This document shows positions 51,100-60,247 of a DNA stretch of 63,528 nt, in pieces. Source of the stretch: an uncultured Mycoplasmatota bacterium. GTDB taxonomy: Bacteria > Bacillota_I > Bacilli_A > RF39 > UBA660. The notes beneath the pieces are model-generated. The model saw only the letters and a program-made list of their open reading frames with translations, was not told the DNA's origin and made no database searches. Each line of letters begins with the position of its first letter. Positions within the stretch are counted from its first letter, which is position 1. The DNA is taken from the NCBI GenBank assembly GCA_900546245.1, contig URBY01000002.1, positions 1-63,528 of the forward strand. The letters are read 5' to 3'. A program made the translations under genes and the position numbers.

Positions 51100-51702
51100 A
51101 TGAAAAAAAAGATTCTATCAATTTTAATAGTAGGAATTTTAGTGATAGGTTTAACTGGTTGTGGTAACAATAAAACAACTAATAATCAAGATAGTAACAA
51201 AACTACAAATGAAATAACTCAAAAATCTAAAGGAAATTGTGATGTTTTTGAATGTATAAAAAAATTAAAAGTAGAAACAACATATGAAGAAATTAATGAA
51301 ATAATTGGTTTTGAGGGAGATTTAGCCTCTGAAAGCAAAGAAGGCGCAGTTATGGCTTATAAGAAATATGAATGGAAATTAACTGATGACACTTCTATTA
51401 TTGTAAGATTAGATGAATTTAAAGGAAAAACAACTGCTCAAATTTCTGCAGAGTTTCCAGATAAAATGATAAAAAACGATAAAGTTGATTTTTCTAAAGT
51501 AGAGGAGTTAAAAACAAAAATTAATTCTACTGAAGGATTATATTATGATGAGTTTGTAAAACTTGTGGGAGGAGTTGAAGGTACTTTAGATAGTGTAACA
51601 ACATTCTCTCATAAATATCTTTGGGTTAATTCTAATGGTGGAACTTTACATGCTACTTTCGATGAGAATGGAAAATGTACAATTTTTAATGGAGTATTTT
51701 AA
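51100..51702 (+). CDS. Lipoprotein with two BLIP/DUF3862-like repeats
   Basis: Lipobox LTGCG. Two repeats of the ..YEEI..I.G.EG......(Y.W)....F.. pattern. Confidence 0.5.
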   Translation: MKKKILSILIVGILVIGLTGCGNNKTTNNQDSNKTTNEITQKSKGNCDVFECIKKLKVETTYEEINEIIGFEGDLASESKEGAVMAYKKYEWKLTDDTSIIVRLDEFKGKTTAQISAEFPDKMIKNDKVDFSKVEELKTKINSTEGLYYDEFVKLVGGVEGTLDSVTTFSHKYLWVNSNGGTLHATFDENGKCTIFNGVF

Positions 51703-51856
51703 TTGTTAAATATATCATACATAAAAAGAGTATCAAGCAGATTTAAATAAGTCTGCTTCTTTTTTTCGTCTTTTATAACATTTCCATCACAATCATTAAG
51801 TATATACTAAAAAAATATTTTTTTTGTTGTATAATTATATATAGTGGTGATGTATA

Positions 51857-53611
51857 GTGAAAAAGCAAAATTTTCTAAAAATAAGTCTAAAGGGTACTTT
51901 TGTTTATATAATACTTGTAATTGTATTAAGTATTATTTATTCTAAATTAGTTGTAATTATACCAAAATTTGTAGAATATGCTCTTGATGGTGTAATATAT
52001 AAAAATGAAAGTGTAATTCCTAGCTATATATCTTGTTTTTTCTATAATGATTCGTGGCAATCAAAAATATTAGTATTAACAATTTTTTTAATTTTAATTA
52101 ATGCATGTATTTTTTTTGTTTCATATATAAAAGGTAAAACAGGAACAATATTTAATTTAAAGATAAATGAAAATATTAAGCAATCAGTTTTAAACCATAT
52201 TCCAAATATTGAATATTTAAATTACAGTAAAATAAAAAAATCAGATATTACTCAAAGAGTTAATAATGATGCTGAAGTTTATTCAGATTTTTTTAATTCT
52301 ATAATTAGTCTATTTTTAGATACACTTTTTATAATTGGATTTTCAATTAATGAAATATTAAAACTAAGTTCTTTAATTGGAGTATTTATATTTGTAATAT
52401 GCTTATTAATTATATTATTATCATTATGGTATTTTAAAATTTCTAAACCATTAGTCGAAGACATTGTTGATAAAAATGAAATTGTAATAAAAAAAACAAC
52501 TAATTCAATTATAAATTCTAAAATGTTAAAAGCTTTTAATAGACAAGATGATGAGAAATTAGAATTTAAAAAGGATAATGATCAATATAAGATGAATGAT
52601 ATAAAATTAGCAAAAATTAATGTAATATATGGTATTACTACACATACATTAAGAAATTTTAAAGAACCATTTATTTTACTTGTTGGTGGGATTCTAGTAG
52701 TTAAAGGAGATTTAACATTAGTTGGTGTTATGTTATTGATTACTTATTCAACGCAAATAACTACTTATATTTATAATTCAGTAGTAAAATTGCAAAATTT
52801 AAATAATTTTTTGGTAGCTTATAAAAAATTAAATAGCTTGATGAATGTTATTGAAGAAGATAATAGTAAAAAATTAAAAATACTAGATGGAAATATTATT
52901 TTTAAAGATGTTTCAATTATTATTAATAACAAAATTTATCTTAAAAATTTAAATTTTGAATTAAAGAAAAACGAGAATATTGCAATTATAGGGGATAATG
53001 GTAGTGGAAAAACTTTGATTGCTAAAACTTTATTAGGTTTTTATAATTATACTGGAAATATTTATATCGGTAATACAAATATTAAAGAAGTTAATCAAAA
53101 GTCTATTAGAAAATATGTAGGAATTGTATTACAAGATACTTATATCTTTAATGATTCAATAAAAAATAATATTAATGTAACAAATAAAAATTTGACAGAT
53201 GATGATATTACTAGATTGTGTAAAATATCTTGTTTAGGAAAAGATATTGAAGAATTTGATGATAAATATAATCATATTCTTGAAAATAATGGAAGTAATA
53301 TTTCAGGAGGTCAAAAACAAAGAATTGCCATAGCTCGTACATTAGCAATGGATACTGAATATATTATTTTTGATGATTCTTTATCAAAATTGGATAACGC
53401 TACTAAATTAGAAATATTAAACAATTTAATTGAAATGAATAAAGGAACAATTATTATTTCACATGATAGAAATGTAGTAGAAAAATGTAGCCATGTATTA
53501 TTTATTGATAATAACAATGTTATTTATGATACTCATTCAAATTTACTTAAAAATCCAAATTATAGTAAGCTTATTGATGTAGATGATAACGTTATATTAG
53601 AGGAGGATTAA
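51857..53611 (+). CDS. ABC exporter half-transporter (TMD-NBD), degenerate Walker B partner
   Basis: Six TM segments plus an NBD. Walker A GDNGSGKT, signature ISGGQKQR, and Walker B IIFDD (Asp replaces the catalytic Glu). GTG start. Confidence 0.9.
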   Translation: MKKQNFLKISLKGTFVYIILVIVLSIIYSKLVVIIPKFVEYALDGVIYKNESVIPSYISCFFYNDSWQSKILVLTIFLILINACIFFVSYIKGKTGTIFNLKINENIKQSVLNHIPNIEYLNYSKIKKSDITQRVNNDAEVYSDFFNSIISLFLDTLFIIGFSINEILKLSSLIGVFIFVICLLIILLSLWYFKISKPLVEDIVDKNEIVIKKTTNSIINSKMLKAFNRQDDEKLEFKKDNDQYKMNDIKLAKINVIYGITTHTLRNFKEPFILLVGGILVVKGDLTLVGVMLLITYSTQITTYIYNSVVKLQNLNNFLVAYKKLNSLMNVIEEDNSKKLKILDGNIIFKDVSIIINNKIYLKNLNFELKKNENIAIIGDNGSGKTLIAKTLLGFYNYTGNIYIGNTNIKEVNQKSIRKYVGIVLQDTYIFNDSIKNNINVTNKNLTDDDITRLCKISCLGKDIEEFDDKYNHILENNGSNISGGQKQRIAIARTLAMDTEYIIFDDSLSKLDNATKLEILNNLIEMNKGTIIISHDRNVVEKCSHVLFIDNNNVIYDTHSNLLKNPNYSKLIDVDDNVILEED

Positions 53612-53612
53612 T

Positions 53613-55316
53613 ATGTTAAAAAGTATTTATAATAATTACAAAAAGCAAGCAAGAAATACTGCTATTGGATGGTTCCTAACTAGTATAATGGTGGTTATTT
53701 TTATAAGTTTTACTATTGTAATGGTTGAATATGCAATTCCAAGTAAAAATATAAAGCTAATAATAATATTATCTATTATATATTTTTGTGTAAATATTTT
53801 CAGGGCGATTACTACTTTTTTTGAAGATATAAATAGTGAATCTTTTATAAAGGAATTGGAAGCAGATTATAGAGAAAAAATATATTTTAAAATCCAAGAT
53901 TTAAAAGAGAGTGAACTTGATCAAATTAAAACAGGAGAAGTTTTGGAAAATATATTAAATGATACAAAAGAAATGGCAAGATTTTATAGTAATGGAGTAG
54001 TACGCTCTTACTGTGGTGGTATTGTAAGACTTTTAGGAACAATTTTTATATTAATGTATTTAAATGTTCCGATAATGATTGTAGCACTTTTTATTTATAT
54101 TTTAGGTTTTATAATTACATATGTATTTAATAAAAAATCTATTGAATATATAAAATTAAAAAGAAAAATTAATGCTAAAATCTTGAATTGGTCTAATGAT
54201 CAAATATATGGATTTTCAACTATAAAGACTTTATTAATTGAAAGCCAAAGAATGAAAGAATTGTCTGAATTAATTAAAGAATATAATGATGTTACAAATA
54301 AATTAGAAAAAAATATTAGAACTTATACATATTTATATGAATTTATTATTTCATTTATTATTGTATTTAATGTATGCTATGGTAGTATTGGAGTAGTAAA
54401 TGGTTTAATTTCTTATGGGGCACTTACAGTTTTAGTAAGATATATTTCAAGCCCAGAAACATATGCTAAATGGGTTATAGAAGGATTTCAGATTAGAAAT
54501 TTGGGTAGAATATCCTATAACAAAATAATGGATTTGTTAAACAGAGAAGAAGAAAATATTAAAATAGGAGAAGAAATAGATGCTATAAAAAAAATAAAGT
54601 TTAATAATGTTGACTTTAGTTATGACAATAAAAATAAGATTTTAACAAAAATTAATATTGAAGCTAATAAAGGAGACAAGATTGCATTAATAGGAAAAAC
54701 TGGGTGTGGTAAAACAAGTCTAGTAAATTTAATATGTAGGTTTTATGATTTAAGTAGTGGAGAGATTCTAATTAATGAAAAGAATTATAAAAACTATAGT
54801 TTAGAAAGTTTAAGATCTAAAATAGGGTACATAATGCAAAATGTTGTTATTTTTGATGGAACAATATTAGATAACATAAATTATGTTAATAATGATGTAA
54901 GTAGAGAAGAAATAATTAATATTTGTAAGAAACTGAAAATACATGACAAAATAATAAATCTAGAAAATGGATATGATACATTTATTACTTCTGATACTGA
55001 TTTGTTATCAACAGGAGAAAAGCAATTATTAAATTTTGCTAGAGTAATGGTAGAAGATCCCGAAATAATAATTTTGGATGAAGCAACGGCATCGTTAAGT
55101 TATAAATCTGAAATGTTAATTAGAAATGCTATAGATGAAATAACTAAAAATAAAATTTCATTTATAATTGCACATAGATTATCCACAATTAAAGAATGTT
55201 CTCAAATTTTATATCTTGATAAGGGTAAAATTGTTGAGCAAGGAACCCATAAAGAATTAATTAATGAGAAAGGTAGTTATTTCAAACTTTTAACAGAGGA
55301 TAGTAAAGTTAAATAG
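53613..55316 (+). CDS. ABC exporter half-transporter (TMD-NBD), canonical Walker B / degenerate signature partner
   Basis: Walker A GKTGCGKT, signature LSTGEKQ (degenerate), Walker B IIILDEAT, and H-loop AHRLS. Confidence 0.9.
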   Translation: MLKSIYNNYKKQARNTAIGWFLTSIMVVIFISFTIVMVEYAIPSKNIKLIIILSIIYFCVNIFRAITTFFEDINSESFIKELEADYREKIYFKIQDLKESELDQIKTGEVLENILNDTKEMARFYSNGVVRSYCGGIVRLLGTIFILMYLNVPIMIVALFIYILGFIITYVFNKKSIEYIKLKRKINAKILNWSNDQIYGFSTIKTLLIESQRMKELSELIKEYNDVTNKLEKNIRTYTYLYEFIISFIIVFNVCYGSIGVVNGLISYGALTVLVRYISSPETYAKWVIEGFQIRNLGRISYNKIMDLLNREEENIKIGEEIDAIKKIKFNNVDFSYDNKNKILTKINIEANKGDKIALIGKTGCGKTSLVNLICRFYDLSSGEILINEKNYKNYSLESLRSKIGYIMQNVVIFDGTILDNINYVNNDVSREEIINICKKLKIHDKIINLENGYDTFITSDTDLLSTGEKQLLNFARVMVEDPEIIILDEATASLSYKSEMLIRNAIDEITKNKISFIIAHRLSTIKECSQILYLDKGKIVEQGTHKELINEKGSYFKLLTEDSKVK

Positions 55317-55509
55317 ATAATTAATGAGTTAGAAAACCGAAAAAATTCATTAAAATTAAAGACAATTAAATATGTTTTTAATATTATAGATTTTGGTATG
55401 AGTTATTATATATTATTGTAATAGTTTATCTATCTAAAAAATTTATATTTAAGTTAAAAACAATAACACATTTGGGTATTTATCATAAAATAATTTGAGG
55501 AGAGATTTT

Positions 55510-55560
55510 ATGAATAATAATGTGAAGATTGTTGTAGATGCAGGACATGGAGGATACTGA
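55510..55560 (+). pseudogene. 5' stub of an N-acetylmuramoyl-L-alanine amidase (Amidase_3-type) gene
   Basis: Strong RBS (GAGGAG) and MNNNVKIVVDAGHGGY, then a stop. KIV.DAGHGG is the canonical Amidase_3 N-terminus. No continuation is recognisable in any frame. Confidence 0.55.
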
Positions 55561-55704
55561 AAAATCCAAAAATTATGAAATGACTATAAATGTTAGTAAA
55601 TACAAGGATTTAAGGTACTTTGTTAAAGAAAGTATCTTTTTATTATATATTGATTTAAAAAATAAAAAAATTATAGTATAATGTTATTATTGTGAGGTGA
55701 GCAG

Positions 55705-56403
55705 ATGAAAGAAATATATTGTGATGAAAGTAGACAGGATTTATTTTTTAATGAAAATTCAATAACTGATAATAATAAATATATCTTTATTGGTGGTATT
55801 ATGATAAACAAGGATAATCGTAACAAAATTAAAAAAGAAATCAATGATTTAAAAGAAAAGTATAGCTTAAATAAAAAGACAGAATTGAAATGGAATAGAG
55901 TGACTACTAAATATATTAACTTATACAAAGAAATTATAGATGTTTATATTAACAATGATATTAATTTTAGAACTATAAGTATTGATTCTAGTAAGTTGAA
56001 TTTAAAGAAATATCACAAAGATAATCCCGAACTTGGTTTTTATAAATTTTATTATCAATTGTTGAATCATTGGTTAAATAACAAAGATAAATTTATGATA
56101 TATACAGATATAAAAACTTATAGTGATCCTAATGTGTTGAATGATTTAAAAAGATGTTTGAATAACAGAGAGCATCTTAATAGTGTTGAAAAAATATATG
56201 CTATTGAATCACATGAATCTGTATTTTTGCAACTAGAAGATATATTAATGGGAGCAACTGCTTACAAAAAAAATTATGGATATGATGGCAAGTCAAATGC
56301 TAAAGTAGAACTTGTGAAATATTTGGAAGAAAAATTAGGACATCCTTTATTACCAACACCTAAAAATGCATCAAAGTATAATTGGTTTGAAATTTGGCTA
56401 TAA
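55705..56403 (+). CDS. DUF3800-like protein
   Basis: N-terminal IYCDES acidic motif and C-terminal SHESVFLQLEDILMGA, matching my recollection of the DUF3800 (PF12686) D-E and QLAD motifs. Own TATAAT promoter and GAGGTGA RBS. Confidence 0.6.
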   Translation: MKEIYCDESRQDLFFNENSITDNNKYIFIGGIMINKDNRNKIKKEINDLKEKYSLNKKTELKWNRVTTKYINLYKEIIDVYINNDINFRTISIDSSKLNLKKYHKDNPELGFYKFYYQLLNHWLNNKDKFMIYTDIKTYSDPNVLNDLKRCLNNREHLNSVEKIYAIESHESVFLQLEDILMGATAYKKNYGYDGKSNAKVELVKYLEEKLGHPLLPTPKNASKYNWFEIWL

Positions 56404-56834
56404 TGAGTAAAATTCCTGAATTAGTACATTTATCAACGATAGATGAATATAAAAGACATTTTGTTGATAAGTATTGTAAAAAAGAATTAAAAACATTTGA
56501 TGGCATTAGTGTTAAATTTTATGAAGACCAATTTGAACATGCATTTTATGAATCTTCAAATAAAAAGAAAAGAAATAAAGATGTTTTTTCAATAGATAGA
56601 GCAACTAGAATAGATTGGATAGAATATGTATTAAAAAATCCTAAAGCAGAATTGCATTTAGGTTGGGATAGAGATAAGAAAGTATATAATAAGGACAGAC
56701 GAGTTGCAATAATTAGTCCAGAAGATTATGTAGTAATAATAAGATTAAATGGTAATAATAAAGCAAAATTTATAACTGCATATTATGCTGATAATTCAGC
56801 GTGTGAAATAAGAAAAATGCCGTTATGGCAATAA
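56403..56834 (+). CDS. Uncharacterised 143-aa protein, translationally coupled to the DUF3800-like gene
   Basis: TAATG stop/start overlap at 56401-56405. No family confidently recognised. Followed at once by a terminator. Confidence 0.55.
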   Translation: MSKIPELVHLSTIDEYKRHFVDKYCKKELKTFDGISVKFYEDQFEHAFYESSNKKKRNKDVFSIDRATRIDWIEYVLKNPKAELHLGWDRDKKVYNKDRRVAIISPEDYVVIIRLNGNNKAKFITAYYADNSACEIRKMPLWQ

Positions 56835-56858
56835 CCTTAATTTTTGTTAAGGTTTTTA
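56833..56858 (+). terminator. Rho-independent terminator
   Basis: AACCTTAA-TTTTTG-TTAAGGTT hairpin plus a T-run. Confidence 0.7.
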
Positions 56859-57117
56859 TTTGCATAAAAAAACCATTGCTTACTGGCGCAACGGTTAAAG
56901 CCTCTATAAGTCCCAGACTATAAGTAAAGGACTAATAATGATGAATATAATACATCAACAAAAACTATTTGTCAAGATTTATTCATCAATATATATTATT
57001 CTTATCTTCAATAAAAATATACCATATTATTAAAAAAAATTCAATAAAAGTGAAAAAAATTGCAAAAAAAGTGAAAAATTTTACATTTTTCATAATTTTA
57101 GAAAGAGAGGATGATAT

Positions 57118-58410
57118 ATGAATTTAAATTATGCAATATTTAGAAGTGAACCAATTATGACTATTCCTGATTTAGCACAAATAGGTTCACATAATAAAAG
57201 GGAAAAGAAAGCATATAATTCTAACCATGATATAAAACAAGAATTAAGTAAAAATAATATTGAATTAGTACCCTTAACAGAAAAATATGTTAAGGGTTTT
57301 TATAACCTTACAAATGAATATAGAAAGCAACATGAAGAAAAACAAAAAATAGAAAGAAGTGATAGAAAAAAGACTTTTAATCAAATGCTTAATAAATCTA
57401 GAAATGTAGTTGCTGATGAATTATTATTTACTGCAACTTCAGAGTTTTTTAAAGAAATGACAATTGATGATATTAAAGATTGGGCAAATACATGTATGGA
57501 ATTTGTTTATAATGATTTAGGATATACCAAAGAGCAAGTTCTTCATAGTGTAGTTCATTTAGATGAAAAAACACCACATATTCATTGTGTTGTTGTTCCA
57601 TTAGTTAAGAAGTTTGATAATAGAACTAATACCGAAAGATACACTATAACTAAAAAAGAATATATAAAAGATAAAATACACTTATCACAATTACAAGATA
57701 TGTACCACAAAAGATTAGTGGATAAAGGTTATGATTTAGAAAGAGGTATTAAGGGTAGTGATAATCAAAATATTAATATCAAACAATATAAACAAATGAC
57801 TAAAAAAATAAATCATAGTTTGAATGTAAGAAATGAAAAATTTGATAGTGCTATGAATGAATTAGAAGAAAATATGAAATCAAATAAGAATACTATTTTT
57901 GATAAAGAATATGTAAAAGTAAAAAGAGAAACTTTTGAGAGTATGAATAAAGTTATTGATGAATCAAAAAAGGTAAGAGAAATCCAACCTAAATTACAGA
58001 CTATTTTTAATGAAGTTGAAAATTATGATAATAGTTATAAATCATTAGAAAAAGAAAATAAAAAATATGCTAAAGAGGTAAATATATTAGAAAAAGAAAA
58101 TAAAGAATTAAGACAAGAAAATAATAGTTTAATTTATAGATTAAATTATCTATTTGAATTATTAAAGAAATTTTTAAGAAAATTATTACAAAGAGGAAAT
58201 GATTATACTAGAGACGAAACAGCTAAAATTGTTCAAGAATGTTATGATGAAAAAGAATTTGATATGAATGATGTTGTTAGTATTTCTAGAGGGACAACTA
58301 AACAAGATGAATTGTTTGAGTATATAGAAGCACCTGATTATTTAAAATCTAGAATTAAAGATTATGATAAATCCGAAAAAGCTAAAGATGATTATGAAAT
58401 AAGTTTATAG
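57118..58410 (+). CDS. mob: MobV-family relaxase / plasmid recombination enzyme (Mob/Pre)
   Basis: N-terminal MNLNYAIFRSEPI...HN.R motif and the signature HLDEKTPHIHCVVVP (HxDE...PHxH). Coiled-coil C-terminal half. Confidence 0.85.
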   Translation: MNLNYAIFRSEPIMTIPDLAQIGSHNKREKKAYNSNHDIKQELSKNNIELVPLTEKYVKGFYNLTNEYRKQHEEKQKIERSDRKKTFNQMLNKSRNVVADELLFTATSEFFKEMTIDDIKDWANTCMEFVYNDLGYTKEQVLHSVVHLDEKTPHIHCVVVPLVKKFDNRTNTERYTITKKEYIKDKIHLSQLQDMYHKRLVDKGYDLERGIKGSDNQNINIKQYKQMTKKINHSLNVRNEKFDSAMNELEENMKSNKNTIFDKEYVKVKRETFESMNKVIDESKKVREIQPKLQTIFNEVENYDNSYKSLEKENKKYAKEVNILEKENKELRQENNSLIYRLNYLFELLKKFLRKLLQRGNDYTRDETAKIVQECYDEKEFDMNDVVSISRGTTKQDELFEYIEAPDYLKSRIKDYDKSEKAKDDYEISL

Positions 58411-58483
58411 CAGACATCTACCGAAATATAGAAAAATTTGATATAATATATTAAAGAATTAATATGCTTTAGGAAGTGATTGT

Positions 58484-60247
58484 GTGAAGTCATTTAGATT
58501 GATTATAAAAAGTTTTAAAAATACAAAATTTAGAATTGTCTTATATGTTCTATTTAGTTTAATTATTGCATATTTAACAACTCTTATACCTGTAATAATT
58601 CAATATTTTTTAGATGTGTTGTTAAATCAAAGTGTTTCTAATGTTATAATTGAAAAAATTATTAGTATTTTTAGTAATAAATTATCATTTATACCTGCAA
58701 TGTGTTTATTACTTTTATTAGTTAAATTTATTCTTACATTTATAACTTATTTAAGAACAATAATTAAAAATAAAATAATCCAAGAGTTTCAATTTAATAT
58801 TAAACAAACATTGTTTTATCACATTCAAAACTTAACGTATCAAGATTTTTATAAAAAGTCATTAGCAGATTTAGTACAAAATATGGCAGATGATGTAAAA
58901 GATATTGTAACATTTATTGATAAACAATTAACTTATATCTTAGATATTATATTAATATTGGTATTTGCTATTATACAATTATCTGGATTAGATATTCGAT
59001 TATCATCAATTATGATAGTATCTGCTATAATTATGATTTTATTATCTATCTGGTTATTTAGAAAATCAAGGCCGATTGTTAAAGAAAGAATAGAGGCAAG
59101 AAGAAATTTGTATGATAAGATAGATGATAATTATTCAAATATTAAATTTATTAAAGTTAATAATCTACAAGAAGAAGAGATAAAAAGATTTGAAGAAGTT
59201 AATGAAAATAATTTTCTTACAAATAAGAAAAAGGTTGTTACTGATTCGATTTATAATATGACAGTAGCAAATATAACTAAAATACAAAATCCATTTATAT
59301 TTATTTTAGGAACATATTTATATATTAAAGGTATTATATCTGTGGGTAGTATTTATGTTACAATTAGTTATTCAAATAAAATTGGTAGAGGGTTTCAATC
59401 ATTTGGTGAAATGTTTGAATATATAAATACATTTGCAATCGCTTATACAAGGTTAAATGAATTATTAAACTTAACATTAGAAGAGAAAGAAAACAATATA
59501 AAAATAACTAATTCAAAAATAGTATTTAAAGATGCAAGTATTATTGTAAATGATAAAAAAATACTTACTAATTTGAATTTTAGTATTGAGCCAAATGAAA
59601 AAATTATGATAGTTGGTGCAACTGGTAGTGGGAAGTCAATTTTAGCAAAAACACTTGTTGGTTTTTATGATTATGAAGGTAGTATTACTATTGGTGGTTA
59701 TGAAGTAAAAAATCTAAATAAGAAAAATATAAGGGATACCATTTGTTTATTACTACAAGATTCTTATCTATTTTCTAAAACTATTGCGGAAAATATAAAA
59801 ATATTGATGCCTTATATGTCGGATGAAGAAATGATAACTCTATCAAAAGAATTTGCTTTTCATGATGATGTGGAGAAATTTAATAAAAAATATGAAAGTA
59901 TGCTTGGTAAAAATGGTTTAACTCTATCCAAAGGTCAACGACAAAGATTAGTTTTAATAAGAGCTTTTACGAAGTTAAAACCAATAATGATATTTGATGA
60001 TTCTTTTAGTGCTATTGACAGGATAAATAAAAAGACTATTATCGATAATTTAATGAGCAGTAATAATGATAATTGTACAAAAATTTTTATTACACATAAT
60101 GTAAGTTTGGCTCCACAATTTAAAAAAATATTATTCATAGATGATGGGAAAGCATATTTTACTACTCATGAAGAATTATTAAATAATAATAATTATAAAA
60201 AATTATATGAATTAAGTTTAAATAATATAGGTGATGATTATGCTTAA
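58484..60247 (+). CDS. ABC exporter half-transporter, degenerate Walker B partner (paralog of 51857-53611)
   Basis: Walker A GATGSGKS, signature LSKGQRQR, and Walker B MIFDD. GTG start with an RBS. Confidence 0.88.
   Translation: MKSFRLIIKSFKNTKFRIVLYVLFSLIIAYLTTLIPVIIQYFLDVLLNQSVSNVIIEKIISIFSNKLSFIPAMCLLLLLVKFILTFITYLRTIIKNKIIQEFQFNIKQTLFYHIQNLTYQDFYKKSLADLVQNMADDVKDIVTFIDKQLTYILDIILILVFAIIQLSGLDIRLSSIMIVSAIIMILLSIWLFRKSRPIVKERIEARRNLYDKIDDNYSNIKFIKVNNLQEEEIKRFEEVNENNFLTNKKKVVTDSIYNMTVANITKIQNPFIFILGTYLYIKGIISVGSIYVTISYSNKIGRGFQSFGEMFEYINTFAIAYTRLNELLNLTLEEKENNIKITNSKIVFKDASIIVNDKKILTNLNFSIEPNEKIMIVGATGSGKSILAKTLVGFYDYEGSITIGGYEVKNLNKKNIRDTICLLLQDSYLFSKTIAENIKILMPYMSDEEMITLSKEFAFHDDVEKFNKKYESMLGKNGLTLSKGQRQRLVLIRAFTKLKPIMIFDDSFSAIDRINKKTIIDNLMSSNNDNCTKIFITHNVSLAPQFKKILFIDDGKAYFTTHEELLNNNNYKKLYELSLNNIGDDYA

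Noticed and set aside
56857-56873. Near-identical 16-17-mer TTAT(T)TGCATAAAAAA after terminator hairpins at 56857-56873 and 62145-62162. The two copies bracket the mob-ABC module, so I considered them as att or RSA-like direct repeats.
   Set aside because: In DNA of this composition, several identical 16-mers per 63 kb are expected by chance (about 0.3^16 times 2e9 pairs). The motif is A/T-run rich and terminator-associated. It is worth re-checking only if homologous elements show the same repeat.
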